A stretch of 62,927 bases of DNA, taken from positions 1 to 62,927 of IMG/VR virus record IMGVR_UViG_3300035187_002838; one strand, given 5' to 3'. The position numbers and the translations under genes are program-made. Below are positions 1-10,387 of this stretch, one piece after another. Within the stretch, counting starts at the first letter, position 1; each line of letters starts with the position of its first letter. This DNA is from a virus. Its lineage: Duplodnaviria; Caudoviricetes. A model generated the notes under the pieces. That model ran no database searches and was not told the origin of the DNA. It saw only the letters and a list, made by a program, of their open reading frames with translations.

Positions 1-1
1 T

Positions 2-1141
2 ATTGCCAGAAATGCTGCAGCAACAGTGGCTGGTTATCAACCAGTCGCAATTGCTTCACTTGCTAATGCAACAACCACGGCAACGGTTACAACTGCACAT
101 CCTCATCAGTTTAAGGTTGGTGAATTAGTTAGTGTTCGCGGTGCAACAGACGCAAACTTTAACGTAACCAACGTTGCAATTGCTACTGTACCTTCAGCGA
201 CTACGTTTACCTATGTAATGGCAGGGACTCCTGCTGCGACTACGATTCCTGGTGCTCAATCTGCTACAACACTCACAGACGGTTCTAAGAGTTGGACAGT
301 TAACCAGTGGGCAGGTTTTACCTGTCACATGTACGCAGCAACTCCGACCGCTGCGTCTGGTTCAACCACAGGTCAAGTATTGCGAATTGTAAGTAACACT
401 GCTACAACCCTGACATTTGCTGTAGCTGGTACTGCGCCTGCGAACGGTATTAGTCGATACTCTATCTGCGCTAGTTCAGCAATTGGAGCTACTGACTCTG
501 GTGTTGCAACGGGTACACACAGCACAACGACACTGCAAGATACCAGCAAAGCTTGGGCTGTAAACATTCATGCCGGTAAGAGAGCTCGTATCTTGGCAGG
601 TCCTGGTGGTCCAGCTGAGGCTATTATTAGTAGCAATACTGCTAATACGTTGACATTCTCTGCTGCACTGGGTGCTGCACCCGTGAGTGCTCAAACAGGC
701 TATGCAATCATTGAACCTACTGCAAGAGGTCTTGGCACTACAGTGTGTTGGGCGTTCGGCACTAGTGTTGCAGCCCTTCGTGGTCGGTACATGTACATTA
801 CTCGTGGCGGTGCTGCAACTGGTTTTGATCGCTGGGACATTACTACAGATCGCGTTAGCTTAATGACTACTTCACCATTGACAGAAACTTTGACTACAGG
901 CACTATGGCAGCGTATGATGGCAGAGATCGCGTCTACTTCCACAAAGACAACACTCAACGTGTTTATAGCCTAAACGTAGTAACTGCAAACGTTAACGGT
1001 GCTTCAATGTATCCATATGTTGCTCCTACAGCAATTATCGGTAACCGTATGGAAATTATTACAACAAAAGACGGCTTGAAATACATCTGGCTCAACAGAG
1101 CATCTTTTGCAGAGTGCTTCCGTTGCTTGGCTTTCTGGTAA
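2..1141 (+). CDS. 5'-truncated Thr/Ala/Gly-rich virion structural protein (beta-rich, internal repeats)
   Basis: Frame open from position 2; repeated motif L(T/Q)D(G/T)SK(S/A)W(T/A)VN ... I(V/I)SNTA.TLTF; lies upstream of the portal. Confidence 0.55.
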   Translation: MARNAAATVAGYQPVAIASLANATTTATVTTAHPHQFKVGELVSVRGATDANFNVTNVAIATVPSATTFTYVMAGTPAATTIPGAQSATTLTDGSKSWTVNQWAGFTCHMYAATPTAASGSTTGQVLRIVSNTATTLTFAVAGTAPANGISRYSICASSAIGATDSGVATGTHSTTTLQDTSKAWAVNIHAGKRARILAGPGGPAEAIISSNTANTLTFSAALGAAPVSAQTGYAIIEPTARGLGTTVCWAFGTSVAALRGRYMYITRGGAATGFDRWDITTDRVSLMTTSPLTETLTTGTMAAYDGRDRVYFHKDNTQRVYSLNVVTANVNGASMYPYVAPTAIIGNRMEIITTKDGLKYIWLNRASFAECFRCLAFW

Positions 1142-1151
1142 AGGAGGTCTT

Positions 1152-1319
1152 ATGTTATTACAAGATATTGTACAAATTCTTAATAACAAAATAGAATCGC
1201 TAAAAGCTAAAAAGACCATTGCTGTTAATTCCGGAGAATTGGAACAAGTTTACCAGTTAGATCTTCAAATTTCCGAAACGTTAGCAACATTGAATCAGCT
1301 AAAGACGCTATTGGTATAA
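1152..1319 (+). CDS. small coiled-coil hypothetical protein
   Basis: AGGAGG RBS before ATG 1152; in frame with track ORF 1107..1319. Confidence 0.6.
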   Translation: MLLQDIVQILNNKIESLKAKKTIAVNSGELEQVYQLDLQISETLATLNQLKTLLV

Positions 1320-1322
1320 TCT

Positions 1323-2915
1323 ATGTTATTAACCCTGCTCCAATCTAGTGGCACTGCAAGCTATAATCTTGTTGGAGCAAATTCTAATCAAGATAATAGT
1401 GCCCCGTCTTTAGCAATAGTTCAAATACACAATTTAACAGGCGATTCTTCGATACAGTCTAACAACTTATCGTCAGGAAGCTTATCAGGTGCCGTTGAGC
1501 TAACAGGTTCTTCAAGTCTTCAGACAAATATTAGCCAGTCTGGTGCTGTAACTCAAACACATGCGTTAGCAGCTGATTCTTTAATACAGACTAACACCTC
1601 AGCGCTAGGAAATGTTTCTGGCACTATAAATTTAATTGGATCTACGAGTTCTCAAGCAAACAGTGCTAATTCTGATGTTATAACTCAAACGTATACATTA
1701 ATAGCTGACTCTTTAATACAGACTAACAATTTATCGTCAGGAAGTCTTTCTGGTGCTATAAGTTTAATAGGTGCCTCAAGCTCTCAAGCAAATAGTTCTG
1801 CCTCTGCTGCTGTAAGTCAAACACATAATTTGCAAGGAATAATTTCTACACAAGCACAACTATCAATTTCAGCAGCTGTTGTACAGCAACACAATATACA
1901 AACAGCTACTTCACTGCAATCTAATTTATCTTCTACAGGTTCTGTAACAGGTACCGCAAACTTGACTGCAAGCCCGGACATTCAATCTAATCAATCAGCT
2001 ACCGGCGAATTGAGTGGAAATATACAACTTGTAGGTTCGCCACTTAATCAGTCAGCAGTTTCTTCATCTAATGCAATAGTTCAAAGATTCGACTTACTAG
2101 GCAGCAATGCTACTCAAGATGCAGTCTCAAGCCTTGACACAATTGTCCAGAGATACAACCTTGCAGAGAGTTTTGTTACTCAAACTAACAGCTCTAGCAC
2201 GGGTAACATAAGTCTCATCAGACAATTAGAAGGCACTGATACTGTACAATCAAACAGCAGTCCTTCAAACTCTGTTCAAGTTATCTATCAAGTTGTTGGT
2301 TCTAATGCTGTCCAAAACAATGCAAGCAGTATCAATTCAATTCAGTATATTGTCAATTTACAAGCTTCATCTGTGAGTTCGATAAATGTATCTGCTGAAG
2401 GTAATGTTGTACAAGCCTTGAATTTGCAAAGTGCCGCTACAAACACATGTCTCAACGAAAGTCTTTCTAGTGGCATTTCTCAAATACATAATATTTTGGC
2501 TGCTACTTCTTCACAAACAGCTCAAAGTATTATAAGCTTTATTCTTGTTGATTTGTCAACAACACAAGTAAATAATTTATTGAGCTTTGTAGATAACAAC
2601 CTGAGATTTAACCCGACTGTTGAAAATCTTGCGTCAGGGCTCTCTAACATCCTTAACAGCGAACAGTTGTCTAGGCTCTTAAATATTCTTGGCATGCCCG
2701 GTTCAAATCTTGCTGAGGATATCGTAGATGAACTCTTAAGTAGACTTACACAACAACCACTTGTAGTGGACTTGTTAAGTGCTACTAAGACAGACGTTGC
2801 ACAAGCTGTTAGAAATAATCTAATGTCAACAACAATACCTGTCAATGTTAAGCAAGTAAATGATGCTTACATTAAAGGTACAGGCCAACCTGGCAATGAA
2901 TGGGGGCCACTATGA
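1323..2915 (+). CDS. Ser/Gln/Thr/Asn-rich repeat protein, probable virion structural protein
   Basis: 530 aa with imperfect ~21-aa repeats (L.G..S.Q.N.SS...V.Q); C-terminus VNVKQVND...GTG..GNEWGP. Confidence 0.55.
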   Translation: MLLTLLQSSGTASYNLVGANSNQDNSAPSLAIVQIHNLTGDSSIQSNNLSSGSLSGAVELTGSSSLQTNISQSGAVTQTHALAADSLIQTNTSALGNVSGTINLIGSTSSQANSANSDVITQTYTLIADSLIQTNNLSSGSLSGAISLIGASSSQANSSASAAVSQTHNLQGIISTQAQLSISAAVVQQHNIQTATSLQSNLSSTGSVTGTANLTASPDIQSNQSATGELSGNIQLVGSPLNQSAVSSSNAIVQRFDLLGSNATQDAVSSLDTIVQRYNLAESFVTQTNSSSTGNISLIRQLEGTDTVQSNSSPSNSVQVIYQVVGSNAVQNNASSINSIQYIVNLQASSVSSINVSAEGNVVQALNLQSAATNTCLNESLSSGISQIHNILAATSSQTAQSIISFILVDLSTTQVNNLLSFVDNNLRFNPTVENLASGLSNILNSEQLSRLLNILGMPGSNLAEDIVDELLSRLTQQPLVVDLLSATKTDVAQAVRNNLMSTTIPVNVKQVNDAYIKGTGQPGNEWGPL

Positions 2916-3052
2916 TGAATGGTTGGGGTAAATCCTGGAGCTATTCATGGGGAACATCTTGGGGACACTTTGTAGTAGCTGCCGTGCGGACTATTACAAA
3001 GATGCCCTCAAGGTATCTCACTTTTCCACGTTTTAAATTAGGTAGAAGATAA
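2912..3052 (+). CDS. 46-aa Trp-Gly repeat peptide (not in ORF track)
   Basis: MMNGWGKSWSYSWGTSWGHF...; ATGA overlap with upstream stop and TAATG overlap with downstream start. Confidence 0.55.
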   Translation: MMNGWGKSWSYSWGTSWGHFVVAAVRTITKMPSRYLTFPRFKLGRR

Positions 3053-3279
3053 TGTCAGTCGAAATGAATACTCCCTCTCCTACGCTAGGTCTCACTATTG
3101 AAGACACAGCTAACGTTATGCAGGCAGCACCAGAAACTGTTCGAAAGACTAAGGTGGTTCCAAGCGACTGGAATATTACTCCAGTAGAAGGTTCTGATGA
3201 TATCTTAGCTGTCAATACAAACACGCGTGAGACTTTTACAGGTTCTGTCGAAGAGTTTAATAAATTCTTGAGAGGTTAA
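3052..3279 (+). CDS. hypothetical protein
   Basis: 75-aa ORF coupled to neighbours, directly upstream of portal. Confidence 0.6.
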   Translation: MSVEMNTPSPTLGLTIEDTANVMQAAPETVRKTKVVPSDWNITPVEGSDDILAVNTNTRETFTGSVEEFNKFLRG

Positions 3280-3283
3280 TCTT

Positions 3284-4861
3284 ATGGCAGTTGTAAATGC
3301 TGCTCTTGCAAATAAAACTGTCTCAGATCCAAATGCTGAATACGAATCCCTAAGACCTTTATGGCAGAAAAGCCGTGCTATCTGCAGTGGAGAGCGTTTC
3401 ACAAAGGACTTTGACAGTTATTTAGATGTCAGTAATTTTACAAACTTACTGATTCCATTCTCTCCTAGCATGACAGCACAACAATACGGGTTTTACAAAG
3501 CAGAAGCTGAGTTGCCAGGTATTGTTGCGCAATTTGCTAAAATGCTTGTTGGAGGCTTGTTAAGAAAGCAGCCGGTACTATCATTACCTCCGGGAGTACC
3601 TGAAGAAGTTCAAGACTGGATTATGAATCAATTTGGCCAAGATGACTCAAGTCTTATTGGCTTTCTCGATTCAGCATTGTGGGAAGAACTCCAGACAAGC
3701 CGTGCTTGGATTTATGTAGATCACCCTGTAGTAGATCCGGACACTCTTAGTGTAGAAGATAAGCAACTCTTAAAACCATATCCGGTACTCTGGCAAGCTG
3801 ACTCAGTTATTAATTGGAGAACTCGTAAAGATCCTTTTGGTAAGATGATTTTAGATCGTGTAATTGTGCGATCTTATGAAGAGTCTTTTGAAAAGAACGA
3901 GTTCCATCCAGCTTTTAAAGACACGGTTCGTGTGCATGAACTTGATGAATCAGGTTTTTATCAGATTAGAGTATTTCAGCAAAGATCTGATACAACTTCT
4001 GTGCAAGTTGTAAACGGTCAACAGCAAAAAGAATTTTCTAATCGTAAGCCTTCGTTTGAGCTTATAGATACTATTCAAAATATTTTAAATAATGGCGAAA
4101 GGCTTAGGGTAATTCCCGCGTGGCCTTTGAATGGCTCAGTCAATTTATTAGAGCCAATTTTAATGCCTATTATCGATAAAGAAGTCAGCCTATATAATAA
4201 AATAAGTAGACGTAATCATTTGTTATATGGTGCTTCTACTTACACTCCAGTCATCATGTCTGACATGAATGATGATGAATTTGAAGAGGTGGTTAACAAG
4301 GGCTTAGGCTCTTGGTTAAGACTTAGGCAAGGCGATGAGGCAAAAGTTTTAGAAACACCTACAGCAGCTTTACAAGACATGGATAGGGCTATTGCTGCAG
4401 CTATTGAAGAAATGGCAAAGCTTGGCATTAGAATGCTAAGCCCAGAGTCCGCTCAATCTGGTATTGCTCTTGAAATTCGAAATGCAGCTCAAAATGCTCA
4501 ATTGGGTTCTTTGAATACTAAAATAAGCTCTACTTTGAGAGCAGTGATTTGCTTTATGATCAATTGGAGATACAATCTTCAATTGAGACCTCAAGATATT
4601 AACTTTAGTTTGTCTTCGGACTTTAATCCAATACCTTTAGGCGCAGATTGGTTGAGACTTGCCACAGAATGGTATCAACAAGGTCTGATTCCTCGTTCTA
4701 TTTGGTTGATGATTCTCAAGCAAAATGATATGGTGCCTCCTGACTATGATGATGAGGAGGGTAGAATGGAAATCACTAAAGACTTGGATATGGCGCTTCA
4801 AAGACAAAATGAACAATACGCTGATAGCATAGCTTCACAGGAAGGAAATACTAATGGCTAA
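3284..4861 (+). CDS. portal protein (DUF4055-like)
   Basis: 525 aa, start of head module; PY...QADSVINWR, VRVHELD...YQIRVF and SG.A...R patterns resemble this portal family. Confidence 0.8.
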   Translation: MAVVNAALANKTVSDPNAEYESLRPLWQKSRAICSGERFTKDFDSYLDVSNFTNLLIPFSPSMTAQQYGFYKAEAELPGIVAQFAKMLVGGLLRKQPVLSLPPGVPEEVQDWIMNQFGQDDSSLIGFLDSALWEELQTSRAWIYVDHPVVDPDTLSVEDKQLLKPYPVLWQADSVINWRTRKDPFGKMILDRVIVRSYEESFEKNEFHPAFKDTVRVHELDESGFYQIRVFQQRSDTTSVQVVNGQQQKEFSNRKPSFELIDTIQNILNNGERLRVIPAWPLNGSVNLLEPILMPIIDKEVSLYNKISRRNHLLYGASTYTPVIMSDMNDDEFEEVVNKGLGSWLRLRQGDEAKVLETPTAALQDMDRAIAAAIEEMAKLGIRMLSPESAQSGIALEIRNAAQNAQLGSLNTKISSTLRAVICFMINWRYNLQLRPQDINFSLSSDFNPIPLGADWLRLATEWYQQGLIPRSIWLMILKQNDMVPPDYDDEEGRMEITKDLDMALQRQNEQYADSIASQEGNTNG

Positions 4862-5120
4862 AGGCGCTAAAAGTCGAAAAAATGTAGATCCCGAACGATC
4901 TTCTGCTATGAAAGGTAATAATAATGCCTCAAAAAAGAATATCAGCCTGAATAAGGTCATTCTTGCAAATGTTGGAGGTGTAGCTACTGGACTCCTACAG
5001 TCTCCTGCATATTCAGCAAAATCCGCAGAAGTGTACAAGAAGTATGGAGCTGGAAGCATTGGCCATGGGCTAGGCGTAGGCGTTAGACGTTTAACGACAT
5101 TAGACTTTAAAAAATATTAA
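4854..5120 (+). CDS. small basic protein, possible internal virion protein
   Basis: 88 aa, Lys-rich, MKGNNNA motif; GGAAGGA RBS. Confidence 0.55.
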   Translation: MAKGAKSRKNVDPERSSAMKGNNNASKKNISLNKVILANVGGVATGLLQSPAYSAKSAEVYKKYGAGSIGHGLGVGVRRLTTLDFKKY

Positions 5121-5152
5121 AATTTAAGTGTTAACTATAATGAAAGGTAATT

Positions 5153-5491
5153 ATGGCTGGTAAAAAAGGTGCCCCTATGGGCAACAGAAACGCTGCAGGT
5201 ACTGGTGGTGCTAGAACTGCAGTTTTAGGTAGTGTAGTGCCTTTTGGAAGTGTTTTAGGCGGTGCTGTATTAGCTGCTAGTGGTAGAAATAAAAGAGCAC
5301 TTACACGTCATACTACAGTAGCAACTGGTTTAGGCGCAATTGGTGGAGGTCTCGTTGGGGCTGTATCAGGAACCATTGCTATGCCTATTATTGGAACTGC
5401 AATAGGTGGCGTAGTTGGCAGCGCTACCGGTGCGGGTACTAGTTATATTGGCTCTAAAGTAGGCCATTTAATTGGAAGAAAGATTCGATAA
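5153..5491 (+). CDS. glycine-zipper protein with basic N-terminus
   Basis: GAPMGNRNAAG then GxxxG arrays (GLGAIGGGLVGAVSG...IGTAIGGVVGSATGAG). Confidence 0.6.
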   Translation: MAGKKGAPMGNRNAAGTGGARTAVLGSVVPFGSVLGGAVLAASGRNKRALTRHTTVATGLGAIGGGLVGAVSGTIAMPIIGTAIGGVVGSATGAGTSYIGSKVGHLIGRKIR

Positions 5492-5492
5492 C

Positions 5493-5959
5493 ATGGCCGA
5501 AAATCGCATTAATAATCCTCAAGGAAAAATCAGTACACTGGTGCTTCAAGTTCCAACCGCGCCGCATTGCAAATGCAAGGTGGTTATTCTAAAGAATATT
5601 TAGAGTCTAAACGGCTAGCAGCTGAGCAAGCCAAGTATACACAAAGAGAAGCCTTTTACAAATCTGTCGAAACTGGTGTCGAAAAACTAGGTGTTGCTGC
5701 AAAAGTGGCAGGCGGTGTTGGTTTCGTTGCAGGCGCAGCTGTTGGTACAGCCAATCTTATGTTTAGAGAAGGAAGCATACAATCTCTTAGACACGCAGCA
5801 GCCGTAGGCAAGGCCGCAGGAGCTGAACTTCTTTCCCCTAACAGAGTAAACCTAATCGAAAAAGTTCAAAAGACTCCTGAGTTTGCTGATTGGAAAAAAG
5901 CTCAGTCAGCTCAAGCAGATGCTGATTCCGCATATAAGAGAGCTCTTTCTAAATTTTAA
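5493..5959 (+). CDS. hypothetical protein whose likely start (ATG 5493) is offset by a -1 frameshift at the A5 run 5525-5529
   Basis: MAENRINNPQGK in one frame continues as NQYTGASSSNRAALQMQGG in the -1 frame, which is track ORF 5567..5959. Confidence 0.5.
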
Positions 5960-5962
5960 TTT

Positions 5963-6121
5963 ATGCCTCTCAAAAAAGGTTATTCTGATAAGACGGTTTC
6001 TAAAAATATTAGTGCAATAGTAAAAGAGGGTCGTCCTCAAAAACAAGCTATTGCAATTGCTTTGGAAACTGCTAAAGAAGCAAAGAAAAAGAATACTAAA
6101 AAGAGTAACTCTAAAGATTAG
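5963..6121 (+). CDS. 52-aa basic phage protein (not in ORF track)
   Basis: [43 protein letters not shown]...; resembles small basic proteins common in phage head modules. Confidence 0.7.
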   Translation: MPLKKGYSDKTVSKNISAIVKEGRPQKQAIAIALETAKEAKKKNTKKSNSKD

Positions 6122-6279
6122 ATTTTAAAGAGTTAAAAATATGCAATTTAAAGCGGTCCTAGGTGTCTGCGGGTGCATATGGCATGGCCGAGGTATGGCC
6201 ATTCGTAAAAAATTGCACCTGCAGGCAACCTGGGTACCAGTCGGGGCCATCCTGCGACTACCGCAGCTGAGAGGTTGAT

Positions 6280-9200
6280 ATGGCGAGTAACGCTAATACT
6301 GATATATACGACAGAACAATAAATAGAGCTGCAATGATAAGGCTTTATGAAAAAAGAGTCAGTGACAAGGTTGATTTAATTGTTAACGATCATACCGGAA
6401 GAATAAACGAGCTTCTGAAAAATGGCGACTTGTCTGTAACAGGTCGAAAGAAGCTAGTCGAAGCTATTGATAAAGAACTTCTTAAAACTTATAGAGAAAC
6501 TTTTAACATTACTAAAAGATCTTTGCTAGATCTTGTGACTGACCAACTTTCATATACTTATCAAACTATTGAATCTGCAATGAGTAAAATTTGGCGTACT
6601 GAAAGACCTCAAAAGCGTGTTGCAGAAGACATTGTATTAGAAAGACCATTATATCAAGACAAAACCTTAGCTGCAGGCTGGGCTAGCGTAAGTGCGGCTG
6701 AGAAGAAAAGACTTGATGCTGTTATTCGAAAAGGTATTGCAGAAAATAAAACTATTGATCAAATAGCATTAGAAATCCGTAAGGGAAATATTCATAATAT
6801 AACAAGAGCCCAATCACGAGGACTTGTTATAACAGCCATTACCTCCGTAACATCACAAACTGATCAAGAGGTATACAAGGCAAATCAAAAAGCAATTCAG
6901 GGTTGGCAGTATGTTTCTGTCTTAGATTCCCGGACTACTCCAGTATGCATTCATAGAGATGGTAAAATTTATGACACTACAGATACTGTACATTTACCAC
7001 CTGCGCATTTTAACTGTAGATCCACAACTGTTCCTGTATTTAAATCTTGGGAAGATATCTCAAAACTAGAAGGTGTTGCTCAAATTCGCAGACGTAATAT
7101 TGAAAATTTGAGCAAAGAGCAAATTGCGTATTACGACGGACAGACACCTTTACGTGAATCTTACAATTCATGGTTGTTACGTCAAGATAAAGCAATTCAG
7201 TTAAGGCATCTTGGTGATTATCAAAAGGTAGAGCTGTTTAGATCAGGACAGCTTGAAGTAGATAAATTTACAAATGCTGATGGTAACTCTGTTGGCATAA
7301 AAGAATTAAGAGCTCTTACAGACAGTGGCTATACGCTGCCTAACGACACTAAAAAGTTTGCAATTGCAAAGGAAAAACTAGATACAATGCAATTGGGTGC
7401 AAGTAGTCCCGATGATTTTATCAATGATGAGAAACTTCGAAAAACATTAATAGATTATTACTTGTTACAAAGCGCAGAATTGAACGGGACACTGTCATTA
7501 ACTAACTATCGAGGTGTTCTTACAAATGTTAAACGTGGTGTTAAAACTCGAGTTCTGACGTCTCCGCCTAGAGAAGATCAACTGAAATTTAATCCAATAA
7601 CAGGACGATATGAAGACGTTAGATTATATCAACCAAATTCAGCTGTCTTGGCTAACAACACAAGACTTATCCAAGAAAGTGATAAGTTACTGGACAGAGA
7701 CAGGGAATTTATATTTAAAGTTTTGGATGGTCTTTCTGAGAGGATGAGTGTAAACGAAAGAGCTGTTGTCGCAGACAATCTTCGAATTATCTTTAGCAGA
7801 TACAGAGACAACAAAGAGCCCTGGACAAATTTTAAAGCGGTAGTTCAAGGTCAAATAAAGTTTGATGTAATGAACGTTTCGGATGCTATTGAAACTCAAA
7901 TTCGAAAGGATTCTGATGTTTTAAAGAAGCTACTTCAGGATAACTACTTAGATCCTGTTTTAGGTCCTACACAGTTACAGGAGCTTCATGATGATTTCAT
8001 TTCTAATATTCTTGCAAGAAATAAGTGGGAAGATAAGACAGCTCCTAAAATTGCGCAAGAATTAAGAACAGTATTTGATTACAAGATACCTGCTAAGATA
8101 CTTGGACGAGTTACTGATCGAAATTTACAACAGTTTTATTTGAAATTTGCGCATAGGTTAAGTTTAGCAGACTCCCCTGATAGAGACAGTTTTGCGGTTT
8201 CGTTAGGCAGAGACCTTTACAATCTTGCAAATTTTAATGGAAATCGACGTCAATGGTATGAGCTTGGCATGAAACTCTTAGAAGCTAAAAATGTCAAGAA
8301 ATTCTTTGAAGTTGAAACTTTTGGTGTTCAAAAGAGAAGAATGAAAAGCAGACTAAGCGGTCAATATTTTGGTCCGTACTATGATGCGTTATCCTATAAC
8401 ATTAGAATTGTAGATCCTAGAATTCAAGAGTACGCTAAGCTAAATAGAAAAGTTGAACTCGGTCTTCGAGTTTCTGTAACAGAAGATAAAAATAGACTTC
8501 TATTTAGAGAAGGCTACAAAACATATTTCATTGATAGAGGAATTTTAGGATTAGAAGATACAAGAATTCCAATTACATCAACCAGCAGCTTCAGTGATTT
8601 TCCTGAAGAATTTGTAGACAAAAATCTAGTTGATGCTTTGAATTGGGCTTCCAAAGCTAAGTATAAAATTGACGAAGACTATTTTGATTTTACACAAAAA
8701 TTATTATATTTTGAAGACGACAAAGGTCAAGCCAAAAAGTATAATGATTTGAATGAATATCGAAAATACATTTCCAGTCGTGGCGACGCTTATGAACGTT
8801 TCAAGACTATGGAATGGCTTCGTAAAGATGACAAGGCTTTTAGTAATCACCCTTTTATTGATCATCGAGCACGTATTTATGATCGTGGTTTAATCGGTCC
8901 TCAGTCTGGTGAAACATTTAGACCCTTTTTAAATACGGATGTAGCTAAGAACTTTAGTCCAGAAGATTTTGAGAACTTTCAAGATCAGATCGGATCTTTC
9001 TTAGGAGGACTTAGCGATTACTTTGAGGGAAAGTTTAATTCTCTATCAATCACAGGAAGACAGAAGATAGCAGAAAAGTGGCGTCCTGAGCTTGTTCGCA
9101 TTGGCAATCACATGCTTAGGAAGAAACCAGCAGATATTCGTGCTATTTTAGAATCTGAAATATTTCAAAAAATTGATGGCGAAGAACTTAATAAGTTTTT

Positions 9201-9528
9201 GCGTTTTGCGTTAGAGACTGCTAAAATTGATAATTACTTAGCAACTGACAGTCTCGGTTCGAAGTATTCAGTTAAAAACCTTCAAAGGCTTCGTGATTAC
9301 AAAACAGCGCTAGCTTTGGAACAAGATGCTTCATCTTCTGGCGCTCAGATTATTGCTTTAACAACTCGTAACAAACAGCTAGCAGAGTTAAGCAATGTAG
9401 TTCCTACAAACCAAAAGAAACGTTTGTATGACGAAATTGCAGCATTAACTTATAATGATCCTAGGTTCAGAGAGCTTAATCAAAAATTAGGATTAAATGA
9501 AAAAGATTTGAGAAAAGCTTCTAAGGCT
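6280..9528 (+). CDS. exon 1 of MuF (SPP1 gp7-like) head morphogenesis protein fused to a T7-type single-subunit RNA polymerase
   Basis: MuF signature WQYVSVLDSRTTPVC...PPAHFNCRST; RNAP motifs DHRARIY (T7 DWRGRVY), motif A LEQDASSSGAQ, first half of motif B RKASK. Confidence 0.88.
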
Positions 9529-10387
9529 TAAATTGGGCCTTGTAAAATCGGGTTAATTGCTGGAACAGCCTGCCGGCCAATCAGCAGCCAAGCTTAGAGA
9601 GAAATCTCTTTGAAGGTTCAACGACTAGGATATACCGCCCGTAAGGGAGATGAAATCCGTAGAATGGAAGTCCATTCGAAACGCCCGACACCGAAAGGTG
9701 AAGATATAGTCTGGTCTGCATGGGAACATGCAGGTTATTTATAGATAGGAACTGGAATGGAATATCAGAATCTTTACGTAAACTTGCTTTTAAAGCATGG
9801 CACTGAAGAGAAACCTAAAGGGTATTCAGAACGACATCATATAATTCCAAAATCAAAAGGTGGAGATGACTCTCCAGAAAATTTGATTTATTTGTCGGCT
9901 AGAGCGCATTTAATTGCACATTGGTTGTTATTTAAAATACATAAGTGTGATATGACCGCTAGAGCTTTCTATGGAATGTGCGATACTTATCGAAGGCCTG
10001 AAAGAGGTCGTATAACAAGCCATACGTACGAAGCTGCAAAGAAAGCTTTTAGTATGAACAATCATATGAAATTGCCTAAATACAGGAAGCTGGCCAAAGA
10101 GTCGGCAACTGAGCAATGGGCTAAAAAATATGATGAGATGAAGTCTTCTAATGCATTTATGTTTTCAGACGAAAAACATCCAATGTATATGAAAGGTAAG
10201 ACAGGCGACCTTCATCCACGCTCTAAGGCTGTTATTACACCACTAGGCAGATTTGGCTCAGTTCGAGAAGCAGCTAAAGCACATATGATTTCACACCCTT
10301 TAATTTCTAGATATTGCAAAAGTGCAATACACCCAGAGTACTACTATGAATAACAGCTACAAATAACGAATGTAGCTTAACATTACA
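9529..10387 (+). mobile_element. group I intron (859 nt) carrying an HNH homing endonuclease
   Basis: P1 AAGGCU/GGCCUU with U-G at 5' splice site; P TTGCTGG, Q AATCAGCAG, R TTCAACGACTA, S AAGATATAGTC; P9 CTGCATG-GGAA-CATGCAG; removal restores motif B RKASKA|QNMVTFYG. Confidence 0.9.
9757..10353 (+). CDS. intron-encoded HNH homing endonuclease
   Basis: HHIIPKSKGG...NLIYLSARAHLIAH HNH core; C-terminal FGSVREAAKAHMIS NUMOD/HTH-like module; sits after P9. Confidence 0.85.
   Translation: MEYQNLYVNLLLKHGTEEKPKGYSERHHIIPKSKGGDDSPENLIYLSARAHLIAHWLLFKIHKCDMTARAFYGMCDTYRRPERGRITSHTYEAAKKAFSMNNHMKLPKYRKLAKESATEQWAKKYDEMKSSNAFMFSDEKHPMYMKGKTGDLHPRSKAVITPLGRFGSVREAAKAHMISHPLISRYCKSAIHPEYYYE

Noticed and set aside
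5120-5145. Sigma70 promoter (TATAAT at 5134)
   Set aside because: No convincing -35 element; TATAAT is expected by chance in AT-rich DNA
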